DNA of 32,000 nt. Source: Fastidiosibacter lacustris (GTDB lineage Bacteria > Pseudomonadota > Gammaproteobacteria > Francisellales > Francisellaceae). How positions within the stretch are numbered: position 1 is the stretch's first letter; each line of letters starts with the position of its first letter. The position numbers and the translations under genes are program-made. Shown here in pieces: positions 1 through 9,820 of this stretch. Below the pieces are notes generated by a model. It saw only the letters and a program-made list of their open reading frames with translations, was not told the DNA's origin and did no database searches. The stretch spans positions 180,001 to 212,000 of the forward strand of contig NZ_QLIR01000001.1 of NCBI RefSeq assembly GCF_003428155.1. The letters run 5' to 3'.

Positions 1-2
1 CA

Positions 3-236
3 CACAGCTTAAATCCAGTTGTGTTTATTGGTGAAAAAGGATTAACTGAAAATGTACTTATTGAAGTTGATCACGCGTTAGCCGCTCATGAACTTATCAA
101 AGTCAAAATTGCGGGGATCGAAAAAGAAACACGTCAAGCCACAACACAAGAAATTTGCATTAAAGTTAAATGTGAACTTGTACAAATGATTGGTAATATT
201 TCGGTTTTATATCGTAAGAAACCAAAAAAACAATAG
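3..236 (+). CDS. yhbY: YhbY-family (CRM domain) RNA-binding protein, 5'-truncated by the window edge
   Basis: The frame stays open upstream of the listed GTG at 21, reading HSLNPVVFIGEKGLTENVLIEVDHALAAHELIKVKI. This matches the CRS1-YhbY pattern (xPVVxIGKxGLTExVLxEIDxALxxHELIKVxI). Confidence 0.9.
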   Translation, partial: HSLNPVVFIGEKGLTENVLIEVDHALAAHELIKVKIAGIEKETRQATTQEICIKVKCELVQMIGNISVLYRKKPKKQ

Positions 237-248
237 GGTATAGCTAGA

Positions 249-1217
249 ATGAGTTTTTTTCCGGTCACAAGACCAAGAAGGTTACGTCGTACAGCAATGT
301 TAAGAGAACAGATTGCTGAGGTTAAACTTAATATTACTGATCTTATGTATCCTATTTTTGTTGTGCATGGACAAAGTATCAAACGTGAAATAAACGGTAT
401 GCCCAATCAATATCACTGGTCGATTGATCGGTTGCCTGAGCTTATTAAGGCCATAAAAGAAGCAGGGATCCTGTCAGTCATGTTGTTTGGTATCCCTAAA
501 ACAAAAGACAAGTATGCAACTGAAAACTATGATAGTAATGGGATTGTGCAACAAGCAATCCGTAATATTAAGATGTTACACCCAGAATTAATTGTTGCCA
601 CAGATGTATGCTTATGTGCCTATACTAACGATGGTCATTGTGGGATTGTACACAATGATGAGGTTGATAATGATCAAACGCTTGATATTTTACAAAAAAC
701 AGTCGTTTGTCATGCACAAGCAGGAGCAGATATTGTCGCACCTAGCGGGATGATGGATGGGATGATTCAAGCTATGCGTTATGCACTTGATCAAAACGAT
801 TTTAACCAAGTTGCGATTATGTCTTATGCAGTTAAATATGCTTCAGCATTTTATGGACCTTTTAGAAGTGCGTGTGACTGTGCACTAAAGGGGGATCGAA
901 AGAGTTATCAAATGGATTTTCGCAATAAAAAAGAAGCCTTAAAAGAAGCCAAAATGGATGAAGAAGAGGGGGCTGATTTTCTTATGGTTAAACCCGCGTT
1001 GAGTTACCTTGATATTATTCAAGATGTCTCATCATCAACAACACTTCCTATTGCAGCCTATCATGTTAGTGGCGAGTATGCGATGGTGAAAGCCGCCTTT
1101 GAAAAAGGCTGGCTAGACGAGAGGGCTGTAACCCTTGAAGCATTAACTGCAATCAAGCGGGCAGGAGCCAAGGTTATTTTAACCTATAGTGCATTAGATG
1201 TGAGTAAGTGGCTCTAA
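249..1217 (+). CDS. hemB: Delta-aminolevulinic acid dehydratase (porphobilinogen synthase)
   Basis: 322-aa ORF with RPRRLRR, LMYPIFVVHG, VIVATDVCLCAYTNDGHCGI, DIVAPSGMMDGMI and FLMVKPALSYLDII motifs typical of HemB. Confidence 0.97.
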   Translation: MSFFPVTRPRRLRRTAMLREQIAEVKLNITDLMYPIFVVHGQSIKREINGMPNQYHWSIDRLPELIKAIKEAGILSVMLFGIPKTKDKYATENYDSNGIVQQAIRNIKMLHPELIVATDVCLCAYTNDGHCGIVHNDEVDNDQTLDILQKTVVCHAQAGADIVAPSGMMDGMIQAMRYALDQNDFNQVAIMSYAVKYASAFYGPFRSACDCALKGDRKSYQMDFRNKKEALKEAKMDEEEGADFLMVKPALSYLDIIQDVSSSTTLPIAAYHVSGEYAMVKAAFEKGWLDERAVTLEALTAIKRAGAKVILTYSALDVSKWL

Positions 1218-1358
1218 CGTTTCGCTTTTAGCTTCATTCCGTATAATTAAACTTTATATTTTATTTTAATAAGTGTTTTACCTAATCGTTTACGAGTTGA
1301 TTGTCACAAAACAGGTATAACAACGTCTGAGAATGTTTGAAAATAGATGGTTTGAAGA

Positions 1359-1435
<77 letters not shown>

Positions 1436-1491
1436 TTAAACTTCGTGTATTTTAACCAAACATTTTGGTTTTGCAAGTGCGTTTATGCAGT

Positions 1492-2445
1492 TTATTCAGG
1501 ATAAATCTCACCTGCTAGCCCCACAATAAGTGGATCAGGTTTGATCGCAATGTTAGGATCTTTATTTTTATAATCTAGCTTTGATAAAATAAAACGCATG
1601 GCATTGATTCTTGCTCGTCTTTTATCATCAGATTTAATTACGGTCCAAGGTGAAAATTCGGTATCTGTATGTAAAAACATATTTTCCTTAGCTTCTGTAT
1701 AATCATCCCATTTATCCAAACTTGCTTTATCAATAGGACTTAGCTTCCACTGTTTAAGTGGATGAACCGCGCGCGATTGAAAACGTATCTTTTGCTCCTT
1801 TTGACTAACTGAAAACCAAAGCTTAAAAAGGTGTATTCCACTTTGTATTAACATTTTTTCAAGTTCAGGCGCCTGCTTTAAAAATAATTCATATTGTTCA
1901 GGGGTACAAAATCCCATCACTCTTTCAACACCAGCACGGTTATACCATGAGCGATCAAACATCACAATTTCACCTGCAGTGGGTAAATGACGGATATAAC
2001 GCTGAAAATACCATTGTCCTTGTTCTCGTTCAGAAGGCTTTTCTAAGGCGACAACACTTGCCCCACGTGGATTTAGATGTTCCATCATGCGCTTAATTGT
2101 TCCTCCTTTACCCGCAGCATCACGCCCTTCAAAAATGATCAAAATCTTTTGACCTGTTGATTTAACCCATTGCTGCATTTTTAACAGTTCAATCTGTAAC
2201 TGTGTTTTTTGCTGCTCATAGACTTTACGCGGCATTCTTTCCTGATAAGGATAAATATTTTCCGTAAAAAACTTACGCCTATTTAGCAAGTCTAAGGGTG
2301 GTTTTGTCATCTTCAGCCACACTCGTATATTCCATTTTTTTATTGTAGCAATTTTTAATTTTTCGACAAATCGAAGCTTAGCAAAGCCCATATAAATTCT
2401 GCGAAAACTAAAGTTTGATTTAGAAAATTCGAGCATAGGGCACAT
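1492..2445 (-). CDS. ppk2: Polyphosphate kinase 2 (PPK2 family)
   Basis: Walker A-like IIFEGRDAAGKGGTIKRM, KPSEREQGQWYFQRYIRHLPTAGEIVMFDRSWYNRAGVERVMGFC and KLWFSVSQKEQKIRF motifs. The true start is probably internal to the listed ORF. Confidence 0.93.
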   Translation of the reverse strand: MCPMLEFSKSNFSFRRIYMGFAKLRFVEKLKIATIKKWNIRVWLKMTKPPLDLLNRRKFFTENIYPYQERMPRKVYEQQKTQLQIELLKMQQWVKSTGQKILIIFEGRDAAGKGGTIKRMMEHLNPRGASVVALEKPSEREQGQWYFQRYIRHLPTAGEIVMFDRSWYNRAGVERVMGFCTPEQYELFLKQAPELEKMLIQSGIHLFKLWFSVSQKEQKIRFQSRAVHPLKQWKLSPIDKASLDKWDDYTEAKENMFLHTDTEFSPWTVIKSDDKRRARINAMRFILSKLDYKNKDPNIAIKPDPLIVGLAGEIYPE

Positions 2446-2490
2446 TTTTTTGTTAAAATCGCTTGATATTTTTAATCAAGCGAGAAAGAA

Positions 2491-3477
2491 ATGATTGTTG
2501 TAACCGGTGGAGCAGGGTTTATTGGTGCCAATATTATCAAACAACTGAATATTTGTGGACGGGATGATATTTTAGTTGTTGACGACTTAAAAGATGGTCA
2601 TAAATTCACTAACCTTGTTGATTATGAAATTCGTGATTACTGTGATCAAGCTGAGTTTTTACAAGCCATTCAATCGGATTTATTGTATTTACCTTTTGGC
2701 TCTGGAGTAGGACAGCTTAAAGTGGAAAATATTGAGGCGATTATTCATCAAGGTGCTTGTTCTGTTACAACAGAGTGGGACGGTCAATATATGATGAACA
2801 ATAATTATCAATATAGTAAAACTTTACTGCATTTTTGCATACGCCATAAAATTCCATTTATTTATGCTTCAAGTGCAGCAACTTATGGTAATAACACCAC
2901 TTTCATCGAAGAGCGTCAATACGAGCGACCTGTTAATGTTTATGGTTATTCAAAGTTTTTATTTGATCAATATGTAAGAAAACAATTACCAAAAGTACAA
3001 AGTCAAATTGTTGGCTTGAAATATTTTAACGTTTATGGTCCACATGAAATGCACAAAGGCTCAATGGCTAGTGTTGCTTTTCATCACTATAAACAATTCA
3101 AACAACATAAAACAGTTAAGCTTTTTGGTGCGTACGATGGTTTTAAACCAGGTGAACAGTTGCGTGATTTTGTTTATGTTGAAGATGCTGCCAAAGTCAA
3201 TTTATGGTTTTTAGATCATCCTCAAATCTCTGGGATTTTTAACTGTGGGACGGGCAAAGCTGAGCCTTTTAATAACATTGCCAATAGCATTTTAGATTAC
3301 TATGGTGAAGGTGAGATTCAATATATTGAATTTCCTGAACATTTAAAAGGTCATTATCAAAGTTACACTGAAGCCAACTTAGATCAGCTACGCGAAATTG
3401 GTTGTGATGTTCATTTTAAAAATGTTAAAACTGGTGTTACTGAATATATGAATTGGTTAGAAAAACACAATATATGA
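2491..3477 (+). CDS. hldD: ADP-L-glycero-D-manno-heptose 6-epimerase
   Basis: N-terminal [20 protein letters not shown] (Rossmann), [51 protein letters not shown] and [12 protein letters not shown]. Confidence 0.95.
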   Translation: MIVVTGGAGFIGANIIKQLNICGRDDILVVDDLKDGHKFTNLVDYEIRDYCDQAEFLQAIQSDLLYLPFGSGVGQLKVENIEAIIHQGACSVTTEWDGQYMMNNNYQYSKTLLHFCIRHKIPFIYASSAATYGNNTTFIEERQYERPVNVYGYSKFLFDQYVRKQLPKVQSQIVGLKYFNVYGPHEMHKGSMASVAFHHYKQFKQHKTVKLFGAYDGFKPGEQLRDFVYVEDAAKVNLWFLDHPQISGIFNCGTGKAEPFNNIANSILDYYGEGEIQYIEFPEHLKGHYQSYTEANLDQLREIGCDVHFKNVKTGVTEYMNWLEKHNI

Positions 3478-4751
3478 TTTATACGACTATAAGGTGCATT
3501 TATAATAGTCTTTTTATTTTAGGTCTCCCATTTATTGTCCTTAAAAAACTTATCAGAAGCCGCAATAATAAGGGCTATCGTCAACGTTTGTTAGAGCGTT
3601 TTGGCAACACTCCCTTTTCTTTAAAAAATAGCATTTGGATTCATTCTGTTTCAATGGGTGAGAGCATTGCAATTGCCCCCTTGGTTAAAAGGCTTGCGAT
3701 TGATTATCCAGTACGTGATTTCATCGTCACAACGATGACGCCAACAGGAAGTTCGCAGGTTATAAAACTATATGCAAATTTTACCAACATTCATCATTGT
3801 TATATTCCTTATGATATAGCATTTTTTTTAAAGCGCTTCATAAACAAAATTGATCCTAAGCTTTGTATTATTATGGAAACCGAAATATGGCCAAACTTAC
3901 TTGCTGTTTGTAAAAAAAGGCATATCCCAATTATTTTAATAAATGCACGTCTGTCAGAAAAATCTGCTCAAGGTTATGCTAAGCTTGGCTTTATCACCCG
4001 TAAAATGCTAAGCCAAATAGCTCATATCAGTACACAAACCCAAGATGATTATAAGCGGTTTATTAAACTGGGGGTTGCACGTGATAAAATAACCGTTGAT
4101 GGTAATTTAAAATATGACTTTACGATCGATGATGGGATCTTGAATCAAGCCAAAACATTTAGAGCTTCACTACAAAATAAGGTTGTTTGGATTGCTGCTA
4201 GCACTCACCAAGGGGAAGATGAGGTTGTTTTAAATGCTCATCAAAACATATTAAAATCCTATCCTAATGCGTTATTGATATTAATTCCACGCCACCCTGA
4301 GCGCTTTGATCAAGTTGCCAAGCTCATTGCTGGTCAAGGATTAAGGTATGTACGGAGAACAACACAAAATCAGAAACTTCAGAATATTAATGTCTATCTT
4401 GCTGATACAATGGGTGAGATGATGCTTTTTTATGCAGCAAGTGATATTAGTTTTGTCGGAGGGAGTTTTTCTGGTACAGGTGGACACAATATGCTTGAAC
4501 CTGCCGCACTTTCAAAACCTATATTATCTGGACCATCTGTATTTAACTTTATGGTGGTTGCACAACGGCTTATTGATAAAGGTGCTTTGAAAATTGTTTC
4601 TAATGCACATGACTTATCTTACGAGATAAAAATGCTTATTGAACAACCTCATCAAGCCGATGAAATGGGAATTGCTGCCTTTAAATGCTTTAAAGAGAAT
4701 CAAGGTGCACTGAACAAACAACTAACCCTAATTAAGCGTTATTTATGCTAG
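3474..4751 (+). CDS. waaA: 3-deoxy-D-manno-octulosonic acid (Kdo) transferase
   Basis: [57 protein letters not shown] and [18 protein letters not shown] motifs. ATG at 3474 overlaps the hldD stop (ATGA-type coupling); the listed ORF starts at 3453. Confidence 0.95.
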   Translation: MIYTTIRCIYNSLFILGLPFIVLKKLIRSRNNKGYRQRLLERFGNTPFSLKNSIWIHSVSMGESIAIAPLVKRLAIDYPVRDFIVTTMTPTGSSQVIKLYANFTNIHHCYIPYDIAFFLKRFINKIDPKLCIIMETEIWPNLLAVCKKRHIPIILINARLSEKSAQGYAKLGFITRKMLSQIAHISTQTQDDYKRFIKLGVARDKITVDGNLKYDFTIDDGILNQAKTFRASLQNKVVWIAASTHQGEDEVVLNAHQNILKSYPNALLILIPRHPERFDQVAKLIAGQGLRYVRRTTQNQKLQNINVYLADTMGEMMLFYAASDISFVGGSFSGTGGHNMLEPAALSKPILSGPSVFNFMVVAQRLIDKGALKIVSNAHDLSYEIKMLIEQPHQADEMGIAAFKCFKENQGALNKQLTLIKRYLC

Positions 4752-5629
4752 CTAAATTTGAATCTATTAGACAACAATTTGAAATGTTTGCTAGAGACTA
4801 CTTTTACCAGCAGAGGATACCGAGCGAGCGTTTACAATCTGCTATGGCTTATAGCTTTTTAGATGGCGGCAAGCGCATTCGTGCTATTTTATCTTATTTA
4901 AGTGCTGATTGTTTTGGTTGTCATACCGATAACAAACACTATATAGCCTTTGCCTTAGAAGCGATGCATGCCTACTCGCTTATCCACGACGATTTACCTG
5001 CTATGGATGATGATGCACTTCGCCGTGGCAAACCAACTTGTCATATCCAATATAATGAGGCAACGGCAATTTTAGCGGCTGATGCTTTGCAAAGTATCGC
5101 GTTTCAGGTTCTAAGTGAACTTAAAGAAATTAATATCGATCAGCTAAAAAATATTCTATTTGTTTTAGCGACACATACAGGAGCAAAAGGCATGGTTGCT
5201 GGTCAACAGTTGGATATTGATGCTGAGGGGAATACTCAAACAATTAAAACGTTGGAGACAATTCATAAACTCAAAACAGGGAAACTTCTAACAGCTTCTG
5301 TTGTGTTGCCATTTTTAGCATCAAGTTATTATTTAGATAAGCACATTGAGCAGCACCTTATTAAATTTAGCGAATGTATTGGTCTTGCGTTTCAAGTTAA
5401 AGACGATTTATTAGAAGCAACATCCGATACCAAAATTCTTGGTAAATCTAATATGAGTGATCTTAAACTCAACAAATCCACTTACCCGAGCTTACTTGGA
5501 ATAGAAAAAACAAAAATGCTTCTTTATACATTAATAAAAGAAGCGTATCTACATTTAGACAGACTCTCTCAATTTAATACCGAAAACTTAAAGCAATTGG
5601 CTGAATATATTATTAAGCGAGAGTATTAG
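4745..5629 (+). CDS. ispA: Polyprenyl synthetase family, farnesyl/geranylgeranyl diphosphate synthase
   Basis: Aspartate-rich motifs DDLPAMDDD and FQVKDDLLE, with GGKRIRAIL near the N-terminus. Overlaps the waaA 3' end. Confidence 0.93.
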   Translation: MLAKFESIRQQFEMFARDYFYQQRIPSERLQSAMAYSFLDGGKRIRAILSYLSADCFGCHTDNKHYIAFALEAMHAYSLIHDDLPAMDDDALRRGKPTCHIQYNEATAILAADALQSIAFQVLSELKEINIDQLKNILFVLATHTGAKGMVAGQQLDIDAEGNTQTIKTLETIHKLKTGKLLTASVVLPFLASSYYLDKHIEQHLIKFSECIGLAFQVKDDLLEATSDTKILGKSNMSDLKLNKSTYPSLLGIEKTKMLLYTLIKEAYLHLDRLSQFNTENLKQLAEYIIKREY

Positions 5630-5727
5630 TTAATATCACACTCAAAGATATAGTGCTAATCAGTCTTAAAGCCAATACTTTTCTATGCTAAACTAACTTC
5701 AATATTACTAACTACAGTTAATGATTT

Positions 5728-5922
5728 ATGTCCGTCAAAAAAAATATCCTGATAGTTGAAGTAAAAAAAGGTCAACGTATTTGCTGTCCAACGCCTGAAC
5801 ATGCTTCATGGAATCAACATCCTCGCGTTTATATCGACTTAAAAGATCAAGATGAAGGCATTTGCCCATATTGCAGTACGCGCTTTGTTGTGATTAACAG
5901 CAAAAGTAGTACACATGCGTAA
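5728..5922 (+). CDS. Small zinc-finger protein, zf-CHCC-like
   Basis: 64-aa protein with CCPTPEHASWNQHPRVYIDLKDQDEGICPYCSTRFVV. The WxxHPRVYIxL...CPYC pattern is typical of zf-CHCC proteins. Overlaps the next gene start. Confidence 0.8.
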   Translation: MSVKKNILIVEVKKGQRICCPTPEHASWNQHPRVYIDLKDQDEGICPYCSTRFVVINSKSSTHA

Positions 5923-6946
5923 ATATTTAATTATTGCACCTAGCTGGGTGGGAGATATGGTGATGTCACAATCACTTTATCGCTATCTGAAAGTGCTTTA
6001 TCCTGATTGTGTGATTGATATTGCAGCACCCAAACATTGTTGTGAGTTAGCTTATTTTATGCCTCAAGTAAATGCGACATTTACACTTGAATTTAAACAT
6101 GGTGAGTTTGGACTTAAAGCACGTAAACAAAAAGCAAAAGAATTCTTAAACAAAGGCTATACCCACTCTATCGTTTTGCCTAATTCATGGAAATCTGCCC
6201 TTATTCCCTATTTTGCTAAAATTAAAACACGTATTGGGTGGCATGGAGAAGCCCGATTTTTCTTACTTAATGATAGAAGGCGCCTAGATAAAAACAAATA
6301 CCCACTCATGATTGAACGCTTTTGCGCGTTAGGTATTGCTAACAAAGAAAAATTAATAGCTAAACTCCCTTACCCTAAGTTCACTCTAGAACAATCACTT
6401 ATTACTCAAGCTCAACAAAAGTATCGTTTAGCATTCATCAAACCGACTATTGCACTGTGTCCAGGTGCTGAATTTGGTCCAGCAAAAAAATGGCCTACAG
6501 CTTATTACCTTGAACTTACGCAGTATTTACTCAACAAAAACTATCAAGTGCTGTTATTAGGTGGTATTAAAGATCAGGATACCTGTTCAGATATCAGTAA
6601 AAGTTGTAATCATCACGCTTATTTATTCAATTTAGCAGGAAAAACAAGTTTAACAGATGCGGTTTATTTATTAGCAGCGTGTGAGAAAGTTATAAGTAAC
6701 GATTCAGGTCTTATGCACATTGCCTGCGCACTAAATATCCCGACGCTTGTTATTTATGGCTCAACCTCGGATAAATTTACTCCGCCATTAAATCAACGTG
6801 CAAAAAGCATTTATCTTGATGATTTAAGCTGTCGTCCTTGTTTTAAACGCGAATGTCCGTTAGGCCATATGGATTGCTTGAATAAATTGACACCTCAAAA
6901 AGTTATTGCTGCACTTGAGACACTGCCACCAAGCTTGCCAGCATGA
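5915..6946 (+). CDS. waaF: ADP-heptose--LPS heptosyltransferase II
   Basis: KYLIIAPSWVGDMVMSQSLYR, RIGWHGEARFFLLNDRR, LCPGAEFGPAKKWP, VISNDSGLMHIACALNIPTLVIYGSTS and SCRPCFKRECPLGHMDCL motifs. Confidence 0.95.
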   Translation: MRKYLIIAPSWVGDMVMSQSLYRYLKVLYPDCVIDIAAPKHCCELAYFMPQVNATFTLEFKHGEFGLKARKQKAKEFLNKGYTHSIVLPNSWKSALIPYFAKIKTRIGWHGEARFFLLNDRRRLDKNKYPLMIERFCALGIANKEKLIAKLPYPKFTLEQSLITQAQQKYRLAFIKPTIALCPGAEFGPAKKWPTAYYLELTQYLLNKNYQVLLLGGIKDQDTCSDISKSCNHHAYLFNLAGKTSLTDAVYLLAACEKVISNDSGLMHIACALNIPTLVIYGSTSDKFTPPLNQRAKSIYLDDLSCRPCFKRECPLGHMDCLNKLTPQKVIAALETLPPSLPA

Positions 6947-7442
6947 GACTAGTATAATCAGGGTCAGTTGGAATTCCTTTTACATTTTCCATTGCTTTAC
7001 TAAACAACGTAATGCTCGTTGTCATCGAACAGCGTTTAAATGAAGATAGGGATTCTTTAATTGCAGGATAAAGTTGATCGTCAATTTTGGTGATTTCATT
7101 CCTTAATAGCTCTAAATCAAGATTGTGTTGCTGAAAATAATCGGGTGTTTTTATCCAGACATTTAGCCAATACTGTTCAATAAATTTCGACATATCCATT
7201 TGAATTTGGGTAAAAACCAACATAGGGTAGACTGGCAAACCTTGCTGATGGACCACATCTTTTACATGTTTGAGGACTTCTAACTCACGTTCTGATGCGT
7301 ATATACTAGACTTTTTAACATATTTATCTGCTGCGATACTTTGCATGATTTGTGCACGTTTTGCAATTAAATCAAATACCTTATGAAGCGTACTAATATC
7401 ACCATCTGAGGCAAATGTTGTACTCGTTGACACTGCTGTCAT
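6903..7442 (-). CDS. Periplasmic/secreted-type (AroQ-gamma-like) chorismate mutase
   Basis: LHKVFDLIAKRAQIMQSIAADKYVKKSSIYASERELEVLKHVKDVVHQQGLPVYPMLVFTQIQMDMSKFIEQYWLNVW, followed by LRNEITKIDDQLYPAIKESL, follows the layout of monofunctional exported chorismate mutases (LIxxRLxxMxxVAxxK...xxREx.VL...QGL...F...Q...AKxIQ). The 3' end overlaps the waaF 3' end convergently. Confidence 0.72.
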   Translation of the reverse strand: MTAVSTSTTFASDGDISTLHKVFDLIAKRAQIMQSIAADKYVKKSSIYASERELEVLKHVKDVVHQQGLPVYPMLVFTQIQMDMSKFIEQYWLNVWIKTPDYFQQHNLDLELLRNEITKIDDQLYPAIKESLSSFKRCSMTTSITLFSKAMENVKGIPTDPDYTSLMLASLVAVSQVQQ

Positions 7443-7534
7443 AAGTAATACCTTTTTTATTATTTATAGCATAATTCATCCATTTTTTAGTTTTTTTAGT
7501 GTTACATATTATGAGCCGTAATGACATCTTATTA

Positions 7535-8566
7535 TCAAAACTTTTCTGAACCTATCCATGTCTTTGACCTTTGATGTGCAATTTCACGTACCAACTTAGG
7601 AACTAAAAAACCTGAAGTAATTGATTTTAATTGTGCATGGATCTCTTTGGCTTTATTTTCTTCTATATCAAAATGTATAGCACCTTTAACCTTATCCAAT
7701 AGATGCAAATAATATGGTATCACGCCAGCTTCAAAAAGCGCTTCTGAAAGTGCTTTTAGAGTTTCTGGATGATCATTTACACCTTTTAACAAGGTCGATT
7801 GATTTAATAACGTAAAACCAATCTGTTGTAATTTTTTAAGTCCAATAGTCACATCCTGTGCAATTTCATTAGGATGATTTGCATGAATGACCATGATTTT
7901 TTGTAAGCGCGTTTTATTGAATACTTTGACCAAACCTTCTGTTATACGATCAGGTAAAACAACAGGAATACGTGTATGAATGCGTAAGCGCTTGATATGA
8001 GAAATCTCCTCCAAATGCTGTATAAACCAATCTAAAGTTTCATCATTGTGCATAAGTGGATCGCCACCACTGAAGATAACTTCATCTAACTCAGAATGTG
8101 TTTTAAGATATTCAAATACATATTGCCAGCTTTCTTTGGCTTGTGTTTGTGCTTTGTAATCAAACTCTCGGCGAAAGCAATATCGACAGTGAATGGCACA
8201 AGCTGGATGTAGCATCAATAGTGCACGATTGTGATATTTATGTAAAAGACCTTTGATAGGATTAAATGCCATCTCATTTAAAGGATCCAAAACATAACCA
8301 TCAGCAGTTTGAAGTTCTTCACTGATTGGTAATACTTGTCTTAACAAAGGGTCATTGATATTCCCCTTTTCCATTTTTTGAGCAAAACTCAGTGGTACGC
8401 GCATCGGGAAATGCTTGATAGATACAACAGAATATTCATCTGGATTAAGCTGTAAAAATTGTGCAAGCTCAAGCCAATTAGAAAAACCTTGTTGTAAGGA
8501 TTTTTTCCAACTTCGTATTACATCAGTCTGTTGTGTGCTTTTGTTTTGGTGTATCATGATCAGCAT
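7535..8566 (-). CDS. epmB: EF-P beta-lysylation protein, radical-SAM lysine 2,3-aminomutase family
   Basis: CxxxCxxC radical-SAM motif in HPACAIHCRYCFRREFDY, plus EVIFSGGDPLMHNDETLDWF and IHTRIPVVLPDRI. Divergent to efp, consistent with EpmB. Confidence 0.93.
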   Translation of the reverse strand: MLIMIHQNKSTQQTDVIRSWKKSLQQGFSNWLELAQFLQLNPDEYSVVSIKHFPMRVPLSFAQKMEKGNINDPLLRQVLPISEELQTADGYVLDPLNEMAFNPIKGLLHKYHNRALLMLHPACAIHCRYCFRREFDYKAQTQAKESWQYVFEYLKTHSELDEVIFSGGDPLMHNDETLDWFIQHLEEISHIKRLRIHTRIPVVLPDRITEGLVKVFNKTRLQKIMVIHANHPNEIAQDVTIGLKKLQQIGFTLLNQSTLLKGVNDHPETLKALSEALFEAGVIPYYLHLLDKVKGAIHFDIEENKAKEIHAQLKSITSGFLVPKLVREIAHQRSKTWIGSEKF

Positions 8567-8607
8567 TTTGCAATTAAAGTAGCGTTAATATACTAAAGAG
8601 GATAAAG

Positions 8608-9177
8608 ATGGCAAGTTTTAGTACAAACGAATTTAAAAATGGTCTTAAACTTTTAATTGATGGCAACCCAATGGTTATTGTTGAAAATGAATTTGTGAAA
8701 CCTGGAAAAGGTCAAGCATTTAATCGCGTTAAACTCCGTAACTTGAAAAACGGTCGCGTGATTGAAAAAACATTTAAATCTGGTGAAAGTGTTGATGCTG
8801 CTGATGTACAAGAAGTTTCTGCAAGCTATTCTTATTTTGATGGGGAATTCTACGTTTTTATGCACGATGAAACGTTTGAGCAATACAATATCAGTGAGGT
8901 TGCCTTAGCCGACAGTAAGAAATGGATCAAGGAACAAGATCAATGTTCTATTACCCTTTTCAATGGTGAGCCAATCAGCGTTACACCACCCAACTTTGTG
9001 CAATTGAGGATCACTGAAACTGACCCTGCCTTAAAGGGGGATACAGCTGGTAGTGGAGGGAAACCTGCAACACTAGAAACAGGTGCTGTGGTTCGTGTTC
9101 CGTTATTTGTACAAATTGATGAAATCATTAAAGTTGATACACGTACAGGTGAATACGTTTCTCGTGCCAAGGAGTAA
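8608..9177 (+). CDS. efp: Elongation factor P
   Basis: [59 protein letters not shown] with the modifiable lysine in PGKGQ, and a typical EF-P C-terminus ([19 protein letters not shown]...[10 protein letters not shown]). Confidence 0.97.
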   Translation: MASFSTNEFKNGLKLLIDGNPMVIVENEFVKPGKGQAFNRVKLRNLKNGRVIEKTFKSGESVDAADVQEVSASYSYFDGEFYVFMHDETFEQYNISEVALADSKKWIKEQDQCSITLFNGEPISVTPPNFVQLRITETDPALKGDTAGSGGKPATLETGAVVRVPLFVQIDEIIKVDTRTGEYVSRAKE

Positions 9178-9179
9178 TT

Positions 9180-9749
9180 GTGACAACCGAAAACACTGAA
9201 ACAAAGAGCAACCTTATTTGGCTTGATCTTGAAATGACAGGTCTTGAAATAGACAGCTGTTATATTCTTGAGATTGCTACCATTATCACTGACTCTAATC
9301 TCAATATCGTTGCAGAATCGCCAGCAATCGCTATTCATCAAAGCGATGAAGTTTTGCAAAATATGAATTCATGGTGTATTAAAACTCATCAGGCCTCAGG
9401 TTTAACTGAGCGTGTGCGCCACAGTAAAGTTTCAGTTACAGAGGCTGAGTGGCAGATTCTTGAATTTATTAAGCCACACGTACATAAGGGGCAATCACCT
9501 TTATGTGGCAATTCCATTTGGCAAGATCGCAGGTTTTTAGCCAAATACATGCCTACGTTAGAAGACTATTTTCATTATCGCTTACTCGACGTCAGTTCAT
9601 TTAAAATTGCAGCATCTTTGTGGAGACCAGATCTCTTAAAGCAATTTAACAAACAAAGTGTACATCTTGCATTAGATGATATTAAGGAGTCGATTGAAGA
9701 AATGAAATTCTATCAGCAGCATTTTTTACAACTTCTCAGTACTCAATAA
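9180..9749 (+). CDS. orn: Oligoribonuclease (DEDDh 3'-5' exoribonuclease)
   Basis: LIWLDLEMTGLEIDSCYILEIATIITDSNLNIVAESP, NSIWQDRRFLAKYMPTLEDYFHYRLLDVSSFK and ALDDIKESIEEMKFYQ. GTG start directly after the efp stop. Confidence 0.95.
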   Translation: MTTENTETKSNLIWLDLEMTGLEIDSCYILEIATIITDSNLNIVAESPAIAIHQSDEVLQNMNSWCIKTHQASGLTERVRHSKVSVTEAEWQILEFIKPHVHKGQSPLCGNSIWQDRRFLAKYMPTLEDYFHYRLLDVSSFKIAASLWRPDLLKQFNKQSVHLALDDIKESIEEMKFYQQHFLQLLSTQ

Positions 9750-9820
9750 ACTTTTTTTCTATTAGATTGATTTACAAAATTCGATGAAATAAGTGGTTCT
9801 CAACATCCATGTCACTATGA

